A stretch of DNA of 64,000 nucleotides from Tubulanus polymorphus (taxonomy: Eukaryota > Animalia > Nemertea): positions 15,983,807 through 16,047,806 of the forward strand of contig NC_134031.1 of the NCBI RefSeq assembly GCF_964204645.1. The letters are read 5' to 3'. Numbering within the stretch: the stretch's first letter is position 1; each line of letters begins with the position of its first letter. Shown in pieces: positions 13,301 through 22,916 of the stretch. The notes below the pieces were generated by a model. It did no database searches. It was given only the letters and a program-made list of their open reading frames with translations, and was not told the origin of the DNA. The translations under genes and the position numbers were made by a program.

Positions 13301-14062
13301 AAAATTCTGGATTAAACATCATGTATGGACTGTAAATGATATTCAAATCAAAATTTGGATTTCACCATTCCGAATAAAGACGGTTTCACTTTAGGGGTGG
13401 ATCAAGTTGTAAGGCTTGGTTTTTAGATATCTTTTAAGAAACTCATCTGAAAATTTCTGAGAGGATGAGTGTCAAATTTACAGGTTTTTACGATCTTAGT
13501 CTTGATAAAAAAGGGCCACCTCAATGAGAAGGCAGGGGTCCGGACCCCAGAGACCACATTCTAAATCCGCCCCTGAGTAAATAAAGATACGGTCCTTCCT
13601 ACCTTTTGAGTCGCATTCGAACACTTTCAGAACTTACCTATCAACAAGTATAGCCAAACATAGAGCTGCCATTGCTTTAGACACCGAATGAACACAAGTT
13701 ATAGTGTCCGGTTTCCATTTCAGTTTCCGATCTAGATTGGCATATCCGCCGTGCAAATCCACAACCAGTTTACCTTTATGATAAACTACAAATGCACCTC
13801 CTTTCAAAAACCCGCTTTCAATATGTTGCCTGAAATCACCGCAAATAATTCACCTGAACACGCTTTTGTAACATCATTAATTCTGTGAGGAAAAAATAAA
13901 AGGGAAGGAACACTACCTGAATATTTGGACAACATTTTTGAATGGTCGTAGTGCATTTCCTTCTAGATGCAGCGGCAATGAGAGCCGAGGTGGCTTTGAA
14001 AATAAGTAAGCAAGTAAAGCGATACATGCAGCGATCAATGATAGCCAAATTGCCCGAGCCAT
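10372..14062 (-). CDS. Beta-lactamase-domain serine hydrolase, paralog B, 8 exons, ~425 aa, with N-terminal signal peptide/anchor
   Basis: Exons (minus): 14062-13917, 13829-13638, 13231-13132, 12619-12514, 12442-12320, 11490-11306, 10896-10657, 10557-10372; 1278 nt. Exons 2-6 are the same length as in paralog A (192/100/106/123/185). Motifs SVSK, YWPEFAENGK, GYQTLTHG, GHLGFGG. N-terminus MARAIWLSLIAACIALLAYLF. AATAAA on minus at 10181-10176. Confidence 0.92.
12706..13036. mobile_element. Tc1/mariner-pogo-like MITE family C containing a nested insertion
   Basis: TA-CAGTGGAACCTC start; body matches 20129-20284, 24170-24342 and 30410-30586; extra ~150 bp at 12781-12931. Confidence 0.75.
13392..13575. 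mobile_element. Short TIR element (hAT-like termini)
   Basis: TAGGGGTGGATC...AATCCGCCCCTG; TSD not evident. Confidence 0.5.
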
Positions 14063-14883
14063 TTAGCAACTTGGCAATGAGAAAATCTGACTTGGGGGTC
14101 AACTCAACTACTACACTACACTAGACTAGCAGTGACTGGTGAGCCGTATTATTGTACAGCAGTGAGTAGTATTGTATTACTAATTAGCCGTGCTGTATTT
14201 GCGAGATGTTATCCTTCCTTTTACGCTTAAATGGTTATTTGTCAGTGAACTTATTTCAAATAGAATCAATGCACCATTATCGGCAATAATTTTAAAACTG
14301 CTCCGATCGAATAGTGCCGACGATAAATACGAAATAATTCCAAATTTGATAAAAAAATGTGTAGAATTCTGTCAGAGAGCTCGACGACCTTGTATTCCGG
14401 TTACGGAGATTGGTCATTTTCGGTTTGATGTCGGTGGTATCCGCTTAGGCAGTGGTGGCAGCACAATACGGTATATCGAGATCAGCAAACTGCCGGCGGG
14501 CGACATCTCGATGCAAATCATAATGAATATTGCAAACCTTAAGATTCATCCATGTGCCGATCGTGGCTTGTAAAGATAAGCACGAAGAATTCCACATCGT
14601 ATTCGAAGGCCGAAAATTCTATGACTTTTAAAGTGAAATTTAGATAAGAGACCAGGCGGTGCTGCCACTAATTCAAGACGGTGAAATATAACACTAACGG
14701 GAAACCGATGTTTTCGGTAGTAACGACTACGCACGAAGCTCCACAATGAATCATTCCATGCATCCGTTACCCTCCTTCTCTTTCTGTTGGGCTGAGGAGT
14801 CATTTTGAATCCCATATTTCATGGTTTCGCGGCTGTGAAGTGTTTATTCTGTTGTATTTGATCGGTAGGAATTGACGTGAACT
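14063..14883. promoter_or_regulatory. Shared divergent promoter region, hydrolase paralog B / MRPL20
   Basis: Head-to-head ATGs 821 bp apart; no recognisable repeats in the interval. Confidence 0.6.
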
Positions 14884-17644
14884 ATGGTTTTCCTGACATT
14901 CGCCCGGTTTGGAAGAATTCCTCACCGAACTGGACGATGTCCAAAACCGGATCGATTTTGGAAAACTCAACAACTTTATCGAATGACATGGGTACGTGAC
15001 TACGAGTTATGACTGTGTGTGGGCGAGAATGTCGGGAGTTATTTTGTGAAAAGCTTCTGTTGAACACGGTTATAGTGATATATGGTGTATGGAATGTACC
15101 TACCTCTACCTGCTATACTAACTTCTTTCTTGTATGCTATAATACCAATGGCAATGGAAGTGGATATTTTGGCTTTGCCTCCTACTACAGCTTCACGATC
15201 TTGATTTTCTTTTTCAAAGTCAGGAAATTTAGCGAAAAGTTTAAGATCTGTGAAAATAATAGTGAGATCGCGCTTTCAATCAAACAGTTTCCATCTATGG
15301 TTTACCTATCTGACTGTAAATGGATTGAATTAATGGAGGTTTAGTCAGGGAAAACAACCATTATGTCAGGGATTAGTCAGGGTAGAAGTGGATCAAATAA
15401 AATTGGCCACCCTTATGATGCTTAACATGGCTTGGTGGCCATTGGAAAGCTCAGGGAATCAGAAAAAATCTGGAGAAAACAGGAAAAACTTGTGGATTTT
15501 TATCAGGATGTGATTAACTTTAAAAATAAATGAATTGTCATATTTTATAACTAGAAATTTCTCTGATTCAGGGAGTTAAATGGAATCGTATAGGCCTACG
15601 GAATAATCGTGATTTATAAATGGGTGGAAAGTGGCGCAACCCGGTGTGATAAGTTCTTCGGTTTTTCTATTGTAGCGATTTCATAATCGGCCAAGAAACG
15701 TCTACAAACTGGCAGTAACGGCCGCGCGGAGAGCGATGAAAGCCTCGACAATGGGACGTCGTTCCAAGAAAACCTACCACAGTGATGTGAGTGAAGATTT
15801 TAGGGTTCTTTAAGATCAGGGCTCGCGTTTTATTGATGCTGAAGCAGATTTTAATACCTGGGAACATTTTGAAATTTGTCAGTTATAATCATGGTTTCTC
15901 GTTGTTATCAACCAGATTGGGTAAACTTTGATACTCAGTTTATGAAAACAGGCCCAGGGAATTCCAAATTTTTTTTTTGGGGGGGGGGTGGGGTTTCGAA
16001 ATCCGGAAATTCTGGCACTTCAAAATTTTTCTATATTCAACACTGGCAGTGGTTAAAGCGTTTGACTCTGGGAAGCCAGGTCGTGGGTTCGAACCCCGTA
16101 CATTACCGTAGTGTCCTCGGGCAAGACATTTATCCTCATAGCCTCTCTCCACCCAGGAGTAAATGGGTACCTGGCCTGATAGTTGATTCCTGAGCGCCTA
16201 GCAGCTGCTCGGATGTTACTTCTCTCCAGGGAGAGTTGATTGATGATGGTTAGATTTGTAGGCTAGGGGTATCACAGTGAAAAGGGCGCTATCTAGAATC
16301 AATTGCCATTACCATCACACTGAAAAAATGCAATAGAAATATGAAAGTTTAGGATCATGTATTTATTTCAGTTATGGAAGCTGAGGATAAGTGCAGGAGC
16401 TGGAGAACATGGATTGAACTATGAACAGTTTCTGACCGGTTTGTCTGAGGTAGGAGTCCTACACGGCTAGATGATACTAAAATATTGATTTCAAAAATTC
16501 TCCCGAGAAATTCTCTAATATACGGGCATGTTTTTCAGAGTAATATCTTGTTGAGTAGGAAAGTGCTCGCTGAGCTGGCTATGTTTGAGCCACGTACGTT
16601 TAAGGTGTGTATTTTCAAACTTTCTCTTGGGTTCGGATTGATGTGAAAGATTCGAAAAGGTGTGAGAAATGGAAGTCTGTTTAGAAGTTGTGAAGAAATG
16701 TGACAAATTTGATACATCTCAACCCGAAACTAATGGGTGAGAAATTCAAGAAAAGCGTTTCGTCAAAATATTTTGATCCTTCTTACACAATAAACTACAG
16801 CGCTCACAAGCTGTGTTGAAGTTTAAGAAATTTTCTTTTAATCTGAAAGAGATTACAATCGGTAACTGTGTTATTGCACTACAGTGTGAAAAAATGTGAA
16901 AAGTCCTCATATTTTCTTCTAAAAAATGTGAAAAAAGCCAATTGTAAGAATACCGTGGACATGTGGAAAACTCCTGAGTTCATCAGCCTGACCCATTTCA
17001 GTTTTATTCTGTGTCTTGTGGGTAAATTTTGAACTTTCTAATTTGCAGAATTTCTTCTCATCAGCAAACCTAGGTACCACTTCTATTTCAGAGTAGTTTC
17101 TATTTTGATACTTTAAATATTCCCAAAATAATCAAAATACTCTCGACATCAGCATATTTTAAATTTTCGATTAAATTGCAATTCATGTCAAATTACCTGA
17201 AGAAACTGCTAAAGTCAGGTTTGCTTCATATAGTGCATTGTAGATACTGGAAAGATTTTTGTGTCGTTACCAGTAGACTGATGTTAATCTCAGTGTACAG
17301 AGTTAATGAGCAAAGCCCACCGTAGACAATTTAACAATTCATTCTGACAGTTTCGACTAAATTTCAAAGAAACCAAAATAACATAATTTATCAAATAATG
17401 ATTTATGTTATTTTGGTTTCTCTGATGATGAAGTTTAGGCTGTGGTAAAAATTTGGAAAACTGTCCGAAAAGGTCATGAATTTTTTTTGTGTCATATTTT
17501 CAGAGTTTAGCCGACATCGCCAAGCAGCATCACATCGAACAAGGGATTACTATAGAAGGAATGACCCCGCCCGCGGGTGTAGTGACTCGAGGAATGTTAA
17601 ATACGCCGATTGTGCCCGGAAATAAAAATCTCTATCCGTATTGA
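14884..17644 (+). CDS. MRPL20: Mitochondrial ribosomal protein L20 (bL20m), 5 exons, 167 aa
   Basis: Exons 14884-14991, 15676-15786, 16372-16449, 16539-16604, 17504-17644, all phase 0, GT-AG. Translation MVFLT...DRFWK...YKLAV...LWKLRISAGAGEHGLNY...ILLSRKVLAELAMFEPRTFKSLA matches the L20 family. AATAAA at 17654 and 17704. Confidence 0.95.
15215..15415. mobile_element. (GT)CAGGGAA-rich hAT-like MITE family (relatives at ~15430-15645, 38225-38500, 42400-42640, 54690-54922)
   Basis: Repeated tcagggaa submotifs; termini resembling CAGGGTGGCCAC / GTGGCCACCCTG. Confidence 0.5.
16043..16316 (+). mobile_element. tRNA-derived SINE with CORE-like central domain
   Basis: A-box-like TGGCAGTGGTTAAAGCG; B box GGTTCGAACCC (16086-16096); then gtgtcctcgggcaagac...ctctccacccaggagtaaatgggtacc; second copy at 58230-58470. 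Confidence 0.8.
17273..17470. mobile_element. Palindromic element B (Penelope pLTR-like, degenerate hammerhead motif)
   Basis: Aligns with 26421-26735; central inverted repeat agaaaccaaaataacataa/ttatgttattttggtttct; CTGATGATGAAGTTT...AAACTGTC on plus. Confidence 0.6.
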
Positions 17645-18459
17645 ACGCGAAGGAATAAATATCGTGTTTATCCGCCCATCGACGATGGCTGTTGTTACGA
17701 CGGAATAAAAAACGGTTTACGCGAATCTGGAATACGAACCTTCGGATAGCTTTATGTGGCGAGGAATATCTTGAATTAATTCGCGGAAATAAATTAATCG
17801 CGGAATTCGTTAGCCTCGATCAAAAAATAGTTAAAAAAAAGAGTAGTTAAAAAGTTGGATTTATAGTCACTCGTACACACGTGCTAGAAGCTGCTGCCAT
17901 CTGGTAGAAAATTGGGTAACTACATATCTGTTTTCGTCACCAGATTGTGGCGCCGTCTGATGTTTTTAATCGTAACTAATAGAATATTTCGTATTGATCA
18001 CTAACTCCTATTCTCTCTCTCTTCTTTTTTTCTCGCTTCTGTTTTGTGTATGTATATACATATATTCATATATACGTATACGTATCTCGCTTTGTTATGA
18101 ACTTTTTACCATGGAAGATTTTTTTAATTTCGACGGTGAAATTCTAGTCGGATGTGCCTACAATTATTTTTCAGAAATTTTCTACCTACCTTGTTTGTAT
18201 ATGGAGGTAAAGGCGACAGAGTCGTGTACCGTTTTGACGTGTATCTCTCTGACTGAGGCCATAAAATGAAATGGCAAATGCTGGAACCACAATTTTGACA
18301 AAATATAGGGACTCCAGTTGAATTCAGGGTTCTGGGAATTAGGACACTTTTCCTGAAAATAAGGGAAAGTTAGGGAATTTGAATTTTTCGTGTCTTGTCG
18401 TTTTTGCTGGCGATGAGTGGCGCGAGGAACCTCGCGATGAGAAACATCCCCCATCGAGG

Positions 18460-18490
<31 letters not shown>

Positions 18491-19640
18491 CGGGGAATTA
18501 TCAGAGAATTTTGAATTCCCTGATCTGCTAGAACCCTGCGAATTATTGGAAATGGAACTAGTATGAACTAATCTATGAAGTTAATGTAATTTATATGGAA
18601 CAAGGTCGAATCTGTTGTCGAACTTGCCGACCAGGAAATATTTCAATGATGTTTTCCCCGGGGAAATTTTCATTGTTTTATCGTAGTCGCCATCATCCAG
18701 AACATTTGTACTTGGTAAACGATGACTCATATACAAACAAAGCCGAGACTCATTTCGTAGTTGTTCAGATTTAAATAGATCAATGTCGCCGAAATCGACC
18801 GCCAGAAACTCTAGATGGACGTCGAGTGCACGCAACGAGGGGCTGAATCATCTTATTTCCCTCGCGAGGAGACGACGAACTATACGGCTGCAGCGGCGGT
18901 GGTCGTCCCCGGCGACAAACGACGTCATCCATTTAATTCTGATTGATCATCGTTATTTCTCTTCCCGGTTACCATGGCGATGTGGTGTGACAGTATTATT
19001 ATCCGAGGCAGCTGTAACGAGGGGTTCCGTGCGTCTGTGTGTGAGTGTGTGTGTGTTCAGAATCCCGTCAAGTATTGCCGCATATACGCAATCCGCATAT
19101 GTCGCCATTTTATACGCGTTCTATTGTTAAACCGGTAGACAACTGCTCAGATTTCTTTCCGATGCTTGATTTCGTTACTTTTTTCCACGAAAATGAAAAA
19201 AAAAGAAAATTGCTAAGATTCTAATACCGGTAATTCCTGTCTCTACAACAGACGGACATCGATTTTTACTGGACCCGTGGACAACTTCTCGATTTCGTTA
19301 CTTTTTACCCGAAAACGAAATAGAAGCAAAAATTTGAAATTTTCGATACCGATTATTACCGCATTTATAACAGACGTCGATGAGTCTCGGGTTGTTGTTT
19401 TTTTTTTTTTTTAAGAAAGCGCCAGACTGTGTCGGATATCGGCGGGAATCACCTGCTACCGATCGGTATTAATCATCGCGCGTCGTGTCGTAGTAGGTTT
19501 CGACGACGTTAACTTCGAAAGAATGCGGGTAATAAAATAAATTGTCCTGTATCGTTGTGAAGTTAATGCGGCCGTTTTGGTCGGAAGGAAGATATATGGC
19601 GAGCGACACATTTTAAATGAGTCACATCTGCGCAAATGTA

Positions 19641-19671
<31 letters not shown>

Positions 19672-19759
19672 GTACGCGATGTGATGATAAATTGGAAGCT
19701 AGAATTATGTTCGGAATTATTTGATCTATATACTCGAATGTTTTTCCCAAAGCCATCTG

Positions 19760-19817
19760 GGTCCGGTTCCACTTAACTCGTGAGTTAACTCAGAACTCAG
19801 AACTGTGGAACTAGGTT
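19760..19817. mobile_element. MITE family A, internally deleted copy
   Basis: GGTCCGGTTCCAC...GTGGAACTAGGTT flanked by CTG/CTG. Confidence 0.6.
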
Positions 19818-19934
19818 CTGGATTTTCCTATGTAGGCCGATATCTTCTGGGACGAGTTTGAAACCGGCTTTGAGCAACTGGCTTTAAAGGTCTAGGCTAT
19901 CAAAATGATGCAGTGGAGCGTGAGGTCAGAATCA

Positions 19935-20105
19935 CTTGGCATTAACATGGAATAATTCGACCCGCGACTAAAATTTGGTCAGGCCAAATTTGGCCCGCGT
20001 CAAACAGGCACAGACGCATTTGGAACCAGCTTGAACAGATAGCCGGGCCTAATCTGCGATGGGTTTAATTTGGCCCAGGTCAAAACGCTGAAGTGTTACT
20101 GCGGA
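19935..20105 (+). repeat. Interspersed repeat family E (related copies ~22290-22460 plus, ~50410-50535 minus)
   Basis: Shared blocks aaatttggcccg, aaacagg(c/t)acagac(g/c)catttgg and gaataatt(c/t)gacccgcg. Confidence 0.6.
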
Positions 20106-20128
20106 TAATCAAATGATTTTTTCGCAGA

Positions 20129-20284
20129 CAGTGGAACCTGTTATAATGATTCATCTGATGCAACAAATATAGAATTTTCGCAAGTAAGATAATGTAATCA
20201 ATTTCATACTGGATATAACGAACTATCGGTTATAAAGAACATATTTTCTGGTTCCGTGAAGTTCGCTGTAACGAGGTTCCGCTG
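20129..20284. mobile_element. MITE family C copy
   Basis: CAGTGGAACCTG...GAGGTTCCGCTG termini and shared body. Confidence 0.75.
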
Positions 20285-21029
20285 TTACATTGAACTGGTG
20301 AATATTTCAGGGGGGTGGCTGCATCAATCTACTCTTTAGTCGATGACACGACAACGTGTCCTTGGCCGCTGGTGGTGATGAGTCATTCGAACATAATCTG
20401 CTCATAAATTCTCCGTGCGTGCCGCTTCCCCTGCGGATCTCATTTCATTACTCAGAGATTTTTTATCGACATTCTCCCGACCGACCGTACGTCGTGGTTG
20501 CTTCGCGTGCAACCTGTTAACGACAACGTCTTCTGTTGCCTCGTCGTCACGGCGACTGCTCCGGTGCGTCATATGATATCGCGAGACGCCGGCCGGAGCT
20601 CGCTGCATGACTAATTTTATCGCTGCGATGATGAACGCGATCGAGGCGCCTTTTTTCCGCTATGAAAACAAGGAAAATCGATCTCTTCGAAGGCGACGTG
20701 CCGCGCGCCTTTCAAACAGGTTGATGTGATTTTGTCTCGTTTTATATTTGAATTGATACTGTTCGCCGGGGTTCTTACAGATCGTGGAAAATCAAGAATT
20801 CTGACTCTCGTCTTGAAAATCAGCAGAGAAAATTCGGGGAATTTGAATTTTTGGTGTCTTTTGGTTCTTGCCGATGACGAGCGACACAAGGAACCTCTTG
20901 AAAAGAAAACCGCCTCCTCTGAGAATATCTCGAATTTAATCGGGGAATATTTGGTCGAGGATCAGGGAAGTATAGAATTTTGGGTAGAGGATCGGAGAAG
21001 TTTGAATTCTCTGGTCTGTATGAACCCAG

Positions 21030-21148
21030 GGGCCGGTTTTATAAACTGGTATTACCGTTAACCCGGGGGGGGGGGCTAACTCAATTCATTATCAATTGAG
21101 TTATAGCCCCGGGTTAAAGGTGGTAATACCAGTCTATAAAACCGGGCC
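21030..21148. mobile_element. PIF/Harbinger-like MITE (second CWG-target family)
   Basis: TIRs GGGCCGGTTTTATAAACTGGTATTACC / GGTAATACCAGTCTATAAAACCGGGCC; TSD CAG/CAG within a near-palindromic site AACC-CAG-GTTT. Confidence 0.8.
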
Positions 21149-21294
21149 CAGGTTTTCATTACGGATTCGCCGTGATGGTCGATAACGATATGAGGTTTTT
21201 TTCTCGAACCCGAGCAGCAGCTGTTCGATGAAGTAGCTCGGTCTCGTTCGTTCTGCTCTCTCGCTTGTCTATTGACCGCGATATTTACGGATAA

Positions 21295-21603
21295 TTCTTC
21301 TTTTTTGGAACAGACAATATCAGAAAAGCTATCATAAATACTATACTTGAATTAGTCGACAAAAACCCACAATAAAAAAGAAAAACTATCTGATAGTTTG
21401 ACGTTTCGACTCAAATCTATGAGCCATTTTCAAAAACTAAATTTTTTTCAAAAACTAAGTTTTTGAAAATGGCTCATAGATTTGAGTCGAAACATCAAAC
21501 TATCAGATAGTTTTTCTTTTTTTATTGTGGGTTTTTGTCGACTAATTCAAGTACAGTATTTATGAAAGCTTTTCTGGTATTTTCTGTTCCAAAAAAAGAA
21601 GAA
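21295..21603. mobile_element. Near-perfect 309-bp palindrome carrying hammerhead-like motifs in both arms
   Basis: ~145-bp inverted arms with few mismatches and ~20-bp spacer; each arm has TTGAAAAT-GGCTCA-tagatt-TGAGTC-GAAAC(G/A)TC. Confidence 0.8.
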
Positions 21604-22775
21604 CAGCCACTTGTCTATGGAAACCAACTATACTTGAAATTCGGTGACTCGAAACTTTTATGATTTTTAGAAAATTAAATAACCCCCAATGAAATACGTA
21701 GATTTTTCAGTAAATCTTTTTAGTAATTCTCTTTGTATGGTCTATGGTCTATTCCTCCGCGATAGTGCCTATCATTCTATTATCATTATACGTTAGTATA
21801 TTAAAGCGTATATACGTTTGCTCAGACAAATAGACAAAGTCCATTCATTCTGAGTCAGGTCATGTATGTGTATTCCACATTTAGCGATTGCTAATTTAGA
21901 TCATAGTTTCCAACATGGCGGGAGTCAATGTATAGGTTATGATAAGGGTTCATACTAGTCCTGAAAATATCGGAAAAGTTGTGGAAAGTAATGAAATTTA
22001 AAGTTCTGTGTCTGAAGCTAATAGAAATTGACTATTTTTTTCAGGAAAAGTTTTGTGTCTGAAGCCATTAAAAAGTTATAGAATATTAATAGGAAACTGG
22101 TGATTATAGTCTAATCTAGGCTTACTATGAATTTTTTTAAACTTTCAATTCTGCCTTTTGTAAGTATAATAAGCCGATACCTCATTTAGTAACTATGGAA
22201 ATTATGATTTGGCCCTGGACAAGGTATCGAAAATCAAAGACCTCAAATAGGCCTATGGTGCAAACCCTGTAATGATGATATCTCTATATGAGTCAAATTT
22301 GGCCCGTGCCTAATAAGAGCGCCCTCACACTCAAACCACTCACTCGATACTAAACAATACTCAAACAAGGCAAAGTGGGTCATTTCCTGTTCATTTGGCC
22401 CGGGGCCTCGTCTGACGTTTTTATTCGGGCCAAACAGGTACAGACCCATTTGGCACCCATGTGATTGTGGCTTTTATCGGCGTCCCGTGTATATAACCTG
22501 TCCAGTATTATTGTCACATATGTCGATCAGATATGAAATCAGCGGATGAAGCATATGCTTAACTTAGCTCGTTAAATCAGCTTCGAATGATTGGGCTTGT
22601 CGTTTCTATCGGCTATCGACATTTTTAGGGTCGATCGAAATCTGCGTCGAAATGAACTCGAAATAATTCGCGCGGATTTTCTTATAAAATATTTATTATA
22701 TTCAACACCGAGTTAAAATACGACAATACAAATTTTTGAACACAAGAACTGAACGTATAGAGTAGACAATATGGC

Positions 22776-22822
22776 AATAATAATAATAATAATAATAATA
22801 TTTATAATAATAATAATAATAA
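22776..22822. repeat. (AAT)n microsatellite in the presumed MADF 3'UTR
   Basis: Interrupted trinucleotide run. Confidence 0.9.
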
Positions 22823-22916
22823 TCAATAGTATTTCCTTTTCAATGAGATAATGAATTTCGAGATGTACGAAAACAAACAAATTCGTTCGCGTTTTTGAGA
22901 CTAAATTACTCCTTTT

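Noticed and set aside
4458-14062. Bacterial contamination, recent HGT resistance genes, or LACTB orthologues
   Set aside because: Seven spliceosomal introns each. The motifs (GGYAD, WPPG..GYHA, HPG/HLG) fit the invertebrate lact-2-like group better than LACTB; phylogeny is needed for certainty.
14190-14815. ORFs of 127 aa (+) and 89 aa (-) in the divergent promoter
   Set aside because: No recognisable domain or splice support; they lie in a short promoter interval.
16043-16110. tRNA gene
   Set aside because: A and B boxes are present but there is no full acceptor stem, and it runs directly into a SINE body with a second copy elsewhere.
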